Shown: positions 47,016 to 56,643 of the stretch, in pieces | Numbering within the stretch: the first letter of the stretch is position 1 | Layout of the letters: each line of letters opens with the position of its first letter | Source: an uncultured Nitrososphaerota archaeon | GTDB taxonomy: Archaea > Thermoproteota > Nitrososphaeria > Nitrososphaerales > Gagatemarchaeaceae | Direction of reading: 5' to 3' | Assembly: GCA_963838925.1 (NCBI GenBank) | Contig: CAWISW010000003.1 | Coordinates: forward strand, 736,001-800,000 | DNA: 64,000 nucleotides | Notes under the pieces: generated by a model | Databases searched by the model: none | Told to the model about the DNA's origin: nothing | What the model saw: the letters and a program-made list of their open reading frames with translations, nothing else | Translations under genes and position numbers: made by a program

Positions 47016-48230
47016 GTGGATCTCATGCCAAACGCCTCCGACACCTCCTCCTCTCGCCGATTCGACGTCATCGTGGGCGGGGGGAGCGTGGCAGGGCTCG
47101 CCTTCGCAGCAGAGGCCTCGAAGAGAGGGCTCAGCGTGCTCGTGTTTGAGGAGGACGGCGAGATCGGCGAGCCCGAGAAGTGCGACGGGCTCGTCAGCCT
47201 CCAGGAGCTGAGGAGGTACGCCATGCCCGAGAAGTCGTGCGTGCAGAGCCGCGTGACCAAGGGGGTGGTGTATTCGCCCTCTGGAAGGAAGGCGTCCCTC
47301 GACGCCTCCCGCCTGGACGTCATAGTAATCGACAGGAGCGCGTTCGACAAGCAGCTCGCCCGGAACGCCGAAGCCTGGGGGGCGGAGGTGAGGCTGGGGG
47401 CTCGCGTCACGGCGGTCGAGGAGCGTGCGGACGGCGTGAAGGTGAGCGCCGGCTCCGAAGTTTACTCCTCGACGTACTACGTGGACGCGACCGGCCCTAC
47501 AGGCGTGATGAAGTTCAACAGGAGCGGGCTCGTCCCGACCGCGAAGTACGAGGTGGAGGGCGACTGGTTCACCGACGGCGTCGTCGAGGTCTACACCGAC
47601 CAGGAAAAGTACCCGGGCTTCTTCGCCTGGGTCATCCCCCGGGGCCCCGGGATAGCCAAGGTCGGGGCGGCTGGCTTCGGGATCAACGCCGTGAAGGCCC
47701 TCGAAGCCTTCCTGGCTGAGCGCGACTCCAAGATCGTTAGCAAGGTCGCCTGCACAATCTACGTCGGAGGCCCCATCGACCAGTTCGTCTCCGGGCGGAC
47801 GGTGTACGTTGGGGAGTCCGCCGGTCAGGTCAAGCCGACGACCGCGGGAGGGATCCCGAGCTCGGTCGCGGGCGGGACCATCGCCGCCCGCTGGGTATCC
47901 GACTCCATCCAGCTGAAGGACCCCTCGCTCCTGGCGCGATACCAGCCCGACTGGTCTGGCAGGTACGGGAAGGAGTACAGGCTCATGACCAGGCTCAGGG
48001 GCATCTTTGAGAACCTCTCCAACAAGGACCTCGACAAGCTGGTGGCCACGCTCGAGCGGCCGAAGGTCGCCTCCAAGCTTGCCTCCGGGTCCTTCGACTT
48101 TCACGCGAGCGCCGCCCTCTCCGCCCTGGGGGTCAAGGGGCTCCTGCAGTTGGCGGGAGTGCTCGTCTCCTCGGAGGCGAAGCAGGCGGTGTCTGCCCTG
48201 GTCCGCCCTTCGGGCTCCAAAGAAAAGTGA
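47016..48230 (+). CDS. geranylgeranyl reductase family flavoprotein
   Basis: VGGGSVAG, EPEKCDG, DRSAFD, FAWVIP, GESAGQVKPTTAGGI. Confidence 0.85.
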   Translation: MDLMPNASDTSSSRRFDVIVGGGSVAGLAFAAEASKRGLSVLVFEEDGEIGEPEKCDGLVSLQELRRYAMPEKSCVQSRVTKGVVYSPSGRKASLDASRLDVIVIDRSAFDKQLARNAEAWGAEVRLGARVTAVEERADGVKVSAGSEVYSSTYYVDATGPTGVMKFNRSGLVPTAKYEVEGDWFTDGVVEVYTDQEKYPGFFAWVIPRGPGIAKVGAAGFGINAVKALEAFLAERDSKIVSKVACTIYVGGPIDQFVSGRTVYVGESAGQVKPTTAGGIPSSVAGGTIAARWVSDSIQLKDPSLLARYQPDWSGRYGKEYRLMTRLRGIFENLSNKDLDKLVATLERPKVASKLASGSFDFHASAALSALGVKGLLQLAGVLVSSEAKQAVSALVRPSGSKEK

Positions 48231-48287
48231 CCTGCGCGCGGGAAACTTCGGAAGGTATAATTCCTAGCCTCGGACGGGCCTTCTTGA

Positions 48288-48470
48288 TTGTCGCAAAGGT
48301 CAGTGGCGCTTCCGGTCTGCACGTCCTGCAACCGACCCATCATGCCGGGAGAGAAGGCCTCCAAGTTCAGCTGCCCCAGCTGCAGCCAGGTGTTCGTCTG
48401 GCGCTGCGAGAAGTGCCGCAAGTTCTCCCGAAGGTACAAGTGCGTCAACTGCAGTTTTGAGGGGCCATAG
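48288..48470 (+). CDS. Zn-ribbon RNA-binding protein (DUF1610 type)
   Basis: four CxxC, C-terminal FEGP; upstream of EF-1beta. Confidence 0.88.
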   Translation: MSQRSVALPVCTSCNRPIMPGEKASKFSCPSCSQVFVWRCEKCRKFSRRYKCVNCSFEGP

Positions 48471-48472
48471 CG

Positions 48473-48760
48473 ATGGCAGGCTCCTATCTCGTGCGAGTGA
48501 AGGTAATGCCGTCAGGCCCGGAGGTCCCAGCCGACAAGCTCCTAGAGTCGATAAAGGGCGTCCTGACCAGCGAGATGGTCTTGAAGGGGAGCAAGGAAGA
48601 CCCCATCGCGTTCGGGCTCTACGCGCTGATACTGGACATCGTGGCCCCTGAGGAGGAAGGCATGATCGACAAGGTCGAGCAGGCGGTGGCGAAGGCGCCC
48701 CTCGTGACCCAGTCCGACCTGATGGGCGTGAGCCGGATGTCGAGCCGCCTCAAGGTCTGA
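48473..48760 (+). CDS. ef1b: translation elongation factor 1-beta
   Basis: KVMP, EDPIAFGLYAL. Confidence 0.92.
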   Translation: MAGSYLVRVKVMPSGPEVPADKLLESIKGVLTSEMVLKGSKEDPIAFGLYALILDIVAPEEEGMIDKVEQAVAKAPLVTQSDLMGVSRMSSRLKV

Positions 48761-48849
48761 GCCCCTCGTTCCTCGAAGCTTTAATAACCCAGCCGACCTC
48801 CCAGAATCCTCTCTAGGGTATTAGGAAGAAAGAGCGTGTCGCTAGAATC

Positions 48850-49086
48850 TTGAAACCTCCACTTCGGTTTTCGCTTTACGAGCTGATCAAGGAGAAGAAG
48901 CACGCGACGGACGACGAGCTCCTCGGCATCCTCAACAAGGCCGACGGGTGCTCCATCCACGAGCTCAACAAGGGGCTCCTGGACCTCGAGATCCTAGGCG
49001 CCATCACGGTCAGGTGGGTCGCGAAGGAGAAGCGCCGCGTGGAGTTCGTGGAAGCGGTCGCCGCCCCCGTGAGATACGCCGAGTGA
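48850..49086 (+). CDS. small winged-helix hypothetical protein
   Basis: TDDELL..., ELNKGLLDLEILGAITVRW. Confidence 0.65.
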   Translation: MKPPLRFSLYELIKEKKHATDDELLGILNKADGCSIHELNKGLLDLEILGAITVRWVAKEKRRVEFVEAVAAPVRYAE

Positions 49087-49148
49087 GACTAGGTTTTTAG
49101 CCGGCATCGGAGGCCGAGAAAGGGGAAGATGCAGGTGAGCATCCGAGC

Positions 49149-50174
49149 TTGGGCGTAGACCTCGGGGACGTCATCCCCCGCAGGAAGGTCGCGCTGGAGT
49201 CCCTGAGCAACAAGAGGATAGCCATCGACGCGTACAACACCCTCTACCAGTTCCTCGCGATCATCCGCGGCGTGGGAGGAGAGCACCTGAAGGACTCCAA
49301 GGGCAGGGTGACCAGCCACCTCAGCGGGCTCTTCTACAGGAACATCAACCTCCTGGAGCTCAACATGAAGCTGGTCTACGTCTTCGACGGGGCGCCGCCT
49401 GAGCTCAAGGCCGTCGAGATAGACAGGCGGAGGAAGCAGAGGGACGAGGCAAGGCGCCAGTACGCGGTCGCCTTCGAGGCCGGCGACATGGCGAGCGCCA
49501 GAAAGTACGCCGAGGCGTCGACCTCCCTCCGCCAGGACATGGTCGTGGAGTCGAAGCAGCTCCTCGACGTCATGGGGATACCCTGGGTCGACGCACCGTC
49601 GGAGGGCGAGGCGCAGGCTGCGGTGATGGCGATGGAGGGCACCGTGGACGCGGTCGGCTCGCAGGACCACGACTCGCTCCTCTTCGGGGCTCCCCTGCTG
49701 GTCAGGAACATCACGATATCAGGAAGGAGGAGGCTGCCGAGCAAGAACATCTTCATCGAGGTCGAGCCCGAGACGATTAGCCTTGACGAGACGCTGAAGG
49801 CGCTCGGCATGTCAAGGGAGCAGCTCATCGACTTTGGGATCCTCATGGGGACGGACTTCAACCCCGACGGGTTCAAGGGCATCGGCCCCGTCAGAGGGAT
49901 GAAGCTCCTCAAGACATACGGCTCTATCGACAAGATCGAGCCTCTCAAGGAGGAGGTCGCTAAGATCGACTACCAGGCGATAAGAGACCTCTTCCTTCAT
50001 CCCCCAGCGAAGAGCGGGGTCACGCCCTCCTGGGGGGAGCTCAAGCCGGACGCCCTGAAGGCGTTCCTAGTCGACGAACACTCGTTTTCCGCCGAGAGGG
50101 TCGATGCCGCTGTCAAGAGAGTCTCCGGCCTGGAGAGCTCGAAGACCGAGACGCTCGAGAAGTGGTTCGGATAG
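49149..50174 (+). CDS. fen1: flap endonuclease 1
   Basis: IDAYNTLYQF, VFDG, EGEAQ, GTDFN, C-terminal PIP-like TLEKWF. Confidence 0.97.
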   Translation: MGVDLGDVIPRRKVALESLSNKRIAIDAYNTLYQFLAIIRGVGGEHLKDSKGRVTSHLSGLFYRNINLLELNMKLVYVFDGAPPELKAVEIDRRRKQRDEARRQYAVAFEAGDMASARKYAEASTSLRQDMVVESKQLLDVMGIPWVDAPSEGEAQAAVMAMEGTVDAVGSQDHDSLLFGAPLLVRNITISGRRRLPSKNIFIEVEPETISLDETLKALGMSREQLIDFGILMGTDFNPDGFKGIGPVRGMKLLKTYGSIDKIEPLKEEVAKIDYQAIRDLFLHPPAKSGVTPSWGELKPDALKAFLVDEHSFSAERVDAAVKRVSGLESSKTETLEKWFG

Positions 50175-50182
50175 GGCGCCTG

Positions 50183-50791
50183 TCAGTCCTGTGTCATCCC
50201 CTGGAACTCCTTGGCCGACCTTGCGCGCAGCGCGGGGTTGATCCGCGACTCCTCGCTCAACGTCCTGAAGGGGACGGCGCCGTAGTCGTGGCCGGGGTAG
50301 ATCACAGTGCTCCCAGGGAGCGGCATGATCTTCTCGTGGAGGCTCGCGAAGAGGGTCGCGGCGGAGCCCCCCGGGAGGTCCGTCCGCCCCCAGTAGTCGA
50401 TGAACAACGTGTCTCCCGTGAAGAGGTGCTTCCCGTCGTAGTAGCAGACGCTGTCCAGGGTGTGCCCCGGCGTGTAGATGACCTTCACCTCGCTCTGCCC
50501 CAGCTTCAGGGACTCCCCGTCCCGGACGCCGCGTCCTGGGTTGACCTCGGAACCTTGGAAAGCCACCGTCTCGGCCCCGAGCTCCGAAGCGAGCTTGTCC
50601 AGCGTCTGGACGTGGTCGTAGTGGTAGTGTGTCGCGCAGGCGTATCTCACCCGCATGCCCTCCTCTGAGGCGACCCTCAGTATCGGCTCGGTCTCCCATC
50701 CCGAGTCGACTGCCATGGCTTCCCCGCTCTCGTCGGCGACAAGGTACACAAAGTTCTGCATGGGGCCGACGGCGATCTGGAAGACCCTCAT
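50183..50791 (-). CDS. metallo-beta-lactamase-fold hydrolase (glyoxalase II-like)
   Basis: THYHYDH, TPGHT, FTGDTLF, PGH; ATG at 50791. Confidence 0.88.
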   Translation of the reverse strand: MRVFQIAVGPMQNFVYLVADESGEAMAVDSGWETEPILRVASEEGMRVRYACATHYHYDHVQTLDKLASELGAETVAFQGSEVNPGRGVRDGESLKLGQSEVKVIYTPGHTLDSVCYYDGKHLFTGDTLFIDYWGRTDLPGGSAATLFASLHEKIMPLPGSTVIYPGHDYGAVPFRTLSEESRINPALRARSAKEFQGMTQD

Positions 50792-51456
50792 CGGGCTCCT
50801 CCCCTCCCCCTGATGCCTATAGGCACGACCACCACCTCCCCGGTGAACTCCTCGCGCCCCCTCAGGCCTATCTTCGGAAGGTGGAGCGCCAGCGTGACGT
50901 CTGCCCTCACCGAGGGCCGGCTCGCCTCCCCCGTGCCCGGGTCGATGCCCGAGGGGAGGTCTACGGCTACCTTGACGCCCCTCGAGGCGTTGACCATGGT
51001 TATCGCGGTCGCGTAGGGCTCGTTCACGACCCCGCCCTTGACCCCTGTCCCGAATATCGCGACCACTATCACGTCGGCATCCGCGATGACGCCAGAACTC
51101 TGGGCCAGGGAGGCGGCGTCGTCGGCCACGTGGAGCTCGGCGCGGGTTCCCGAGAGCGTCCGCCAGTTCTCTCGCGCCTCCTCGGTCCGTATCCTCTCCG
51201 GCGCAGTCAGGAGCACAACCTTCACGGGGCACCTGGCCGAGAGATACCTGGCCGCCACCAGCCCGTCCCCTCCGTTGTTGCCCCCTCCGCACACGACGCA
51301 CACCCGCTTGGCATCGCCGTATCTGGAGAGGACGAACCGGGCGACCCCCCTCCCGGCGTTCTCCATGAGCGCTTTCACGCCCAGGCCGTACTGCGCGGCG
51401 CCCCTCTCCAGCGCGACCATCTCCTCAGGCGTGACGTACTCCAAGGTCTGCTGCAC
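50788..51456 (-). CDS. nnrE: NAD(P)H-hydrate epimerase (YjeF-N)
   Basis: LMENAG, GNNGGDG, FGTG, VDLPSG. Confidence 0.9.
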   Translation of the reverse strand: MQQTLEYVTPEEMVALERGAAQYGLGVKALMENAGRGVARFVLSRYGDAKRVCVVCGGGNNGGDGLVAARYLSARCPVKVVLLTAPERIRTEEARENWRTLSGTRAELHVADDAASLAQSSGVIADADVIVVAIFGTGVKGGVVNEPYATAITMVNASRGVKVAVDLPSGIDPGTGEASRPSVRADVTLALHLPKIGLRGREEFTGEVVVVPIGIRGRGGAR

Positions 51457-51522
51457 CTGCCAGCCAAGGAAGTCGAATCAGCTTTATCAACCATCGCGCT
51501 TCCCTCCCTCAGTGGAAGAGAA

Positions 51523-52011
51523 TTGAGCCGCAAGGGCGAGGGAAGGCACGTCTCGATGTCGCAGATGACGACCGTCAGGCTGATGATGCCGACGGACGGG
51601 AACGTCCTGGGGAACGTCTTCGGAGGCGCGATAATGAGGTACATGGACGAGGTCGCCGGCATCGTGGCCTTCCACCACGCGAGAACGAACGTGGTCACCG
51701 CATCGATCGACCGGATGGACTTCTACGCTCCCGTCTACATCGGGAACCTCCTGATTCTGAAGGCGGCCGTCAACTACGTCGGCAGGACATCCATGGAGGT
51801 GGGGGTGCGGATCGAGGCCGAGGACCCACTCACGGGGACGACCGCCCACACGGGCTCGTGCTACCTGACATTCGTGGCGCTCGACGGGAACGGGAAGCCC
51901 TGCCCGGTCGAGCCGGTCATCCCGGTGACGGCCGACGAGAAGCGGAGGTACCGCGAGGCGGTGGCGAGAAGGAAGCTCCGGCAGCGGATGCTCTCCCACC
52001 GGAAGCAATGA
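51523..52011 (+). CDS. acyl-CoA thioesterase (hotdog fold)
   Basis: GNVFGG..MDE, VGRTSMEV, LTFVALD; start 51523 or 51556. Confidence 0.9.
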   Translation: MSRKGEGRHVSMSQMTTVRLMMPTDGNVLGNVFGGAIMRYMDEVAGIVAFHHARTNVVTASIDRMDFYAPVYIGNLLILKAAVNYVGRTSMEVGVRIEAEDPLTGTTAHTGSCYLTFVALDGNGKPCPVEPVIPVTADEKRRYREAVARRKLRQRMLSHRKQ

Positions 52012-52078
52012 GTTTGATTAACAGTTCAAACAATATAGAGTTCCTATGAGTTAACGGTGCCGTGGGAGTCAACCTACA

Positions 52079-52432
52079 ATGAGCTTCTCCGACGTCCTCC
52101 AGCTGGCGAAGATAGGCAAGAGGGATGCCGCAGCCATCCTCCTGAGGGAGGAGTTCGGCAAGCTCCAGTCGCCCGAGCAGAGGGTCAACCTCTGCAAGTG
52201 GATAGCGTCGTGCTTCGAGGGCCTCGAGGAGTACGAGAGCGCCGCAGAGTGGTACGAGATGACGGGGCTGCTCTCCCTGGGCGAAACCAGCAGCGACGCG
52301 GCCAACGCGATCCGCGCGCTTCCCGAGTACGAGAAGGCCCGGGAGTTCTACACGATGTGCGCTGACGAAGAGAAGGTGGAGCTCTGCTCCTCCGTGATCT
52401 CGCAGCTCAACAAGTGCTTCGTCGCCTCCTAG
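52079..52432 (+). CDS. hypothetical helical (TPR-like) protein
   Basis: 117 aa; A..YE.A..Y repeats; own AT-rich upstream region. Confidence 0.6.
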   Translation: MSFSDVLQLAKIGKRDAAAILLREEFGKLQSPEQRVNLCKWIASCFEGLEEYESAAEWYEMTGLLSLGETSSDAANAIRALPEYEKAREFYTMCADEEKVELCSSVISQLNKCFVAS

Positions 52433-52441
52433 GCGAGAGCT

Positions 52442-52591
52442 CTAGCCAGACTTTTCCTTTCCCAGGGCGTTCCGCCGGTTCACGGTCTTCGTATAGCACG
52501 CCACGCAGATGAACTCCTCCTTCGTGCCAATCTTGAAGGGCTTGGCGTCGACCTTCAGTTGTGAGTCGCAAAGGTAGCACTTTAGCTCCAA
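52442..52591 (-). CDS. small CxxC..CxxC zinc-finger protein, 49 aa; not in ORF track
   Basis: MELKCYLCDSQLKVDAKPFKIGTKEEFICVACYTKTVNRRNALGKEKSG*; TTG start with GTGAGG upstream. Confidence 0.6.
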   Translation of the reverse strand: MELKCYLCDSQLKVDAKPFKIGTKEEFICVACYTKTVNRRNALGKEKSG

Positions 52592-52601
52592 GGAGCCTCA
52601 C

Positions 52602-52895
52602 TCACTTCCGCGCACGCAGGCGCCTCTTCTCCAGATTGCCCCGACCCTTGAAGTGCCATATCTCTGCGTCTGCGTTGAAGGCCTCTGCCCATTTAACCAA
52701 TTCCTTGGCCTCCTCGGCCTTCACCCTCGCCTTCCCGTTCTTCACCTGCACCAGCAGCGTCACGCCGAGCTTGGCGGCGAAGATGTCCACGGGGCTGTGG
52801 GAGCCCGCGCTCCTCCCGACGACCCACCCATCCTTTCTCAGAAGCTCCATCGCCCTGTACTCTTTTGATCTCCCCCGCTCGTACTGAGTGACCAA
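52602..52895 (-). CDS. Hjc-like Holliday junction resolvase (PD-(D/E)xK)
   Basis: G...E, RSAGS, PVDIFA, VQVK. Confidence 0.75.
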   Translation of the reverse strand: MVTQYERGRSKEYRAMELLRKDGWVVGRSAGSHSPVDIFAAKLGVTLLVQVKNGKARVKAEEAKELVKWAEAFNADAEIWHFKGRGNLEKRRLRARK

Positions 52896-52980
52896 ACGTG
52901 GGCACCGCCGACTAGTGAGTTATAGAGACATCGCTTCCAGACTCTGCCAAGTCGTCACCTCCGTGCTGATTTTTGGGGTG

Positions 52981-53634
52981 TTAGCTGCCGTCACCTAGGC
53001 CTGGCTTAGGGTTCTCCCCTATCTCGCGGTAGGACTCGACCGCCTCTTTCGCCACAAAAAGGACGATGATGCCTGTCGCGATGTAGTCAGCCCAAGCAAA
53101 CCTGAGAAAGAACTCGACCAACAAGCTTCCGAGCAGTGCGATTGCCATGAAGAGACACGTCGCCGACTCCGCCGCGTCTATCGAGAGTGGGCGGCAGTCC
53201 GCCTGCCGTCCTATCCTTCCTTTCTCGATCCAGAGGTAGGGCATCACTACGACTGCGCCTATGGCGATTGCGATGCCAAGCGGCGAACCTTCAGCCTTTA
53301 TCCCCGAAAAGTAGGAGTAGGCCGAGCCAAGAGCGATGATCGGAATCAGAAGGAAGAGAAGAGTAGCGGCAATCTTCTCCGTACTCTCACCGCTTGCCTT
53401 CGTTGCCCCAGGCGACCTGAGATAGGCGGCAACCGCATAGGCCGAGAGCAGTTCTATCAGGCTGTCGCCCCCAAATGCGACGAGGGCGAGACTTCCGGCG
53501 AGTATTCCAGCCCCTACTGAGATTGAGGCCTCCACCGTCATCCACCCGACACTGAAGTATTCCAGCAAGAGACCTCGATGAAGGAGCCTGAGGTTCCTCG
53601 TTTCGTCGCCCGCGGGTTTCAAGGCCACGGACAA
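52981..53634 (-). CDS. cation diffusion facilitator transmembrane-domain protein
   Basis: GSLALVAFGGDSLIE, IDAAES, WADY; lower GC than neighbours. Confidence 0.75.
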   Translation of the reverse strand: MSVALKPAGDETRNLRLLHRGLLLEYFSVGWMTVEASISVGAGILAGSLALVAFGGDSLIELLSAYAVAAYLRSPGATKASGESTEKIAATLLFLLIPIIALGSAYSYFSGIKAEGSPLGIAIAIGAVVVMPYLWIEKGRIGRQADCRPLSIDAAESATCLFMAIALLGSLLVEFFLRFAWADYIATGIIVLFVAKEAVESYREIGENPKPGLGDGS

Positions 53635-53742
53635 GCAGCGCCTACTCCTTACTTATTGTCTCGGCCTCGTGCCCGCGATTGGTTGTCGTCCCCCGAGGGG
53701 CAACCTTATGTCTTCCTAGTCAGCGACGTGGTCGTCACAAAC

Positions 53743-54426
53743 TTGGAACTAGGGGTAGACGAGTCGCTGAAGGGAGTCGAGGAGGGCATGCAGGAAGTGC
53801 TCGCGAGGAGGGAGAGGATCCTCAAGACCACCAGGGACTGCATCTCCTTCTGCTCGAAGGCGATAGTCCACCTCCACACTGGAAAGACCGCTGAGGCGCA
53901 GCGCGAGGTCAAGGAGGCCGAGAAGATCCTGAAGAGCCTGAGGAAGGAGGCCGGAGCCGGGACGCTCTCCAGATACCTCGCCTCGCCGGAGGCGGAGTTC
54001 GTCGAGGCCTCCTCGGTCGAGGCTATAGTGCTCGGCAAGCCCATCCCCCGGGCGAAGGACCTCGGTGTGTCCGGCGAGGGGTATCTCCTGGGGCTCCTCG
54101 ACACGGTGGGCGAGGTGAAGAGGCTCCTCCTCGACGCGATGATGAGGTCCGAGATAGAGAAGGCACGGGGGTACTTCGAGGTGATGGAGGGGTTGTATTC
54201 GGTTCTCTCGCCGTTCGCGGTCTACGACCACGTCGCGAACGGGGTGAGGCGCAAGATAGACGTCGCGCGCATGCTGACCGAGGACGCGAGGGGAGTCATG
54301 GCGGAGGAGGCCAGGCGCTCCAAGCTCGTGTCCTCGATGAGGGATCTCCAGGGCTCGCTCGAACGCAAGAGCACGAGCTCCCGGACAGCACGGAGCAAGG
54401 CATCGGGCAGGAAGCCCGCCCCCTGA
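53743..54426 (+). CDS. translin/Trax-family protein
   Basis: RERILK..R, EFVEA, YLLGLLDTVGE.KR, RRKIDVAR. Confidence 0.82.
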   Translation: MELGVDESLKGVEEGMQEVLARRERILKTTRDCISFCSKAIVHLHTGKTAEAQREVKEAEKILKSLRKEAGAGTLSRYLASPEAEFVEASSVEAIVLGKPIPRAKDLGVSGEGYLLGLLDTVGEVKRLLLDAMMRSEIEKARGYFEVMEGLYSVLSPFAVYDHVANGVRRKIDVARMLTEDARGVMAEEARRSKLVSSMRDLQGSLERKSTSSRTARSKASGRKPAP

Positions 54427-54445
54427 CCGAAGCTTGGGTCAGGCG

Positions 54446-55180
54446 CTAGGCGCCAAGGTCGTCGTCCCCAAGCGCGGAGACCTTCCGATAGTACACGTCC
54501 TCGTACCGGGCTGAGGGTTTCAGGATGAGGCCCGCGGCGATGAGCTTCTCGCAAGCGGCCTCGACGTCGTCAGGGTCGAGGTCGACCTTGTATCGCTCCT
54601 CCACCTCGCTCTCTATCGTCATCAGCCCCTTCTCCTGCATGTCCCCAAGGACTGCAAGGACCCGCCCCTCCAGGGTGTCTTCGCCAGGTGCTGGTGGGAG
54701 TTGCTTGACCTTCAGCTGCTTCGCCTTTAGCTTCTCGATGACCTTCGCCCAGTCGTTGAGGTTCCTCCTCCTCGAGGCGCCTGAAATCTGCTGCACGAAC
54801 TCGGTCGTGCGTGCGGCGCCCCCGCCTTCCGTCCAGCTCACCTCGAGCTTTGGCGCGATCGCCTCTCCGTGGTGGCCCGCGGCCTTGGCAATGCTAGAAA
54901 TCGGTATCTCGACGCTCGCAGAGTCGAGGGCCATCGAGCCCAAGCTCACGACGTCGGAGAAGAAGAGGCGCTTCGCGCTGAAGGCGCCGATCCTTATGCC
55001 CTCCTCCTTCTCGTTGCTGTGCACGTATACCAGCCTGCGGTCGGTGAGGACCAGCGTCCCCTCCGTCTCACCACCGAGCCCGAAGGCGCCCTCGACGCCC
55101 TTGCGGATGCCCGGCCCCCTGCGTATCACCGCCTGCTCTTGCGCGAGCATGACCTCTGGCGTGGAGTCGTTCTGGCCCAT
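54446..55180 (-). CDS. hypothetical protein (PH/GRAM-like N-terminus, wHTH-like C-terminus)
   Basis: EGTLVLTDRRLVY; VEAACEKLIAAGLI. Confidence 0.6.
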   Translation of the reverse strand: MGQNDSTPEVMLAQEQAVIRRGPGIRKGVEGAFGLGGETEGTLVLTDRRLVYVHSNEKEEGIRIGAFSAKRLFFSDVVSLGSMALDSASVEIPISSIAKAAGHHGEAIAPKLEVSWTEGGGAARTTEFVQQISGASRRRNLNDWAKVIEKLKAKQLKVKQLPPAPGEDTLEGRVLAVLGDMQEKGLMTIESEVEERYKVDLDPDDVEAACEKLIAAGLILKPSARYEDVYYRKVSALGDDDLGA

Positions 55181-55320
55181 CTGGAGTGACCTGCCTCCGA
55201 CGCAGACCGAGGCTATTAAAAGAGATTCGACAGCGAACTTGTCCGACGAGCGAGCCCCACTGACTTATATCCCGGCCAAAGTGGATTCGCCGCTCAACCG
55301 CAGAGGAAGAGACCAGAGAA

Positions 55321-56007
55321 TTGGAAAAGATCAAGCCCGTCCTCATCCCGACCCTCGTGGAGCTCGTCAAGCTCAAGGCGCACCTCGGGTTCGTGCCCCT
55401 CTCCACGGAGGAGCTCGCGGACAAGCTGGGGCAGAGCCAGCAGGCGGCCTCCAGGCACCTTCAGGAGCTCGAGAACCTCGGCTTGGTGGAGAGGAAGCGT
55501 TCGGGCGCCAAGCTCGTGGTGAAGCTCACAAACGCGGGGCAGGACGTCGTCCGCTCGCACTACTCGGGTCTCAAGGTCGCGCTGGACGGCAAGCCGAAGG
55601 AAGAGATGAGGTTCGTGGGCAAGGTCTTCCAGGGGCTCGGTGAGGGGGCCTACTACGTCGGGCTGGAGGGCTACAAGAAGCAGTTCTCAAAGGTCCTCGG
55701 TTTCGACTCCTACCCGGGCACCCTCAACGTAAGGCTGGAGAACCCAAGCCAGATGGAGCAGAAGAAGGAGCTCCGCGGGTTCGACGGGCTGAGGATAGAG
55801 GGGTTCGAGAGCGGAGGGAGGACGTATGGGGGCGCTAGGTGCTATCAGGCCACCATCGGCAAGGACAAGCTGCCCGCCGCCGTCCTGGTCATCGACCGGA
55901 CCCACTACGACGACAGCGTGCTCGAGATAATCTCCCCTCGCTACCTCCGGGAAGCGCTGGGGCTGAAGGACGGCGACCAGGTCGAAGTAAGGGTCTCGGT
56001 GGCCTAG
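55321..56007 (+). CDS. ribK: CTP-dependent riboflavin kinase with N-terminal HTH
   Basis: SQQAASR, GLGEGAYY, YPGTLN, RTHY, LEIISP. Confidence 0.93.
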   Translation: MEKIKPVLIPTLVELVKLKAHLGFVPLSTEELADKLGQSQQAASRHLQELENLGLVERKRSGAKLVVKLTNAGQDVVRSHYSGLKVALDGKPKEEMRFVGKVFQGLGEGAYYVGLEGYKKQFSKVLGFDSYPGTLNVRLENPSQMEQKKELRGFDGLRIEGFESGGRTYGGARCYQATIGKDKLPAAVLVIDRTHYDDSVLEIISPRYLREALGLKDGDQVEVRVSVA

Positions 56008-56010
56008 GCC

Positions 56011-56643
56011 TCACATCGAGAAGAGGATCTTCGAGGTCTTGACATCGGGCAGCGTCGCCCCGAGCCTAGCTGTGGTTATCTTGACGCCCCTCTTCGCGGC
56101 CTCGCGGACGACCTCCTCGCCGGCCAGGCGCTGGTCGTAGCCCAGTGCCACTACGTCTGGCCTGATCCTGAGAAGGATCTCGTAGATGCTCCCCTTGTTC
56201 CCGGGGAGGGCAAGGTCCACCTGCCTCATCGACGAAACCAGCCCGACCCTGGAGGCCTGGTCGGTCACTGGCGGCCTCCCCTTGTTCCTCTCCACGCTCC
56301 CGTCCGTCGCGACCACCACCACCAGCGTGTTCCCGAGGCTCCTTGCCTCGGCGAGGGCGTGGACGTGCCCAGGATGGATGATCTCGAAAGCCCCGCCGAG
56401 CATGATCACCTTCAGCCGCCGCCTGCCCGCCGGAGTGAGTCGGACTAGGCCTTTCTCCACCTTGACCAGGTTCCTCTCGTCCGACTCCCTGATGGCGGAA
56501 CGAGTCGCGCTCGCCGCAATCCCCAGCCGCGCGCTCACCGAGCCCACCGTGGCTCCGCCTCCCCTCAGTCCCTCGACGTAGACGGCCCTGAGCAGGTCCA
56601 CCGTCTCGATAGTCGAACGGCCCCCGGGCTTTCGCCGCGTCAC
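56011..56643 (-). CDS. ribL: FAD synthase (cytidylyltransferase fold) with N-terminal wHTH
   Basis: GGAFEIIHPGH, RPDVVALGYDQ, KTSKI. Confidence 0.8.
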   Translation of the reverse strand: MTRRKPGGRSTIETVDLLRAVYVEGLRGGGATVGSVSARLGIAASATRSAIRESDERNLVKVEKGLVRLTPAGRRRLKVIMLGGAFEIIHPGHVHALAEARSLGNTLVVVVATDGSVERNKGRPPVTDQASRVGLVSSMRQVDLALPGNKGSIYEILLRIRPDVVALGYDQRLAGEEVVREAAKRGVKITTARLGATLPDVKTSKILFSM

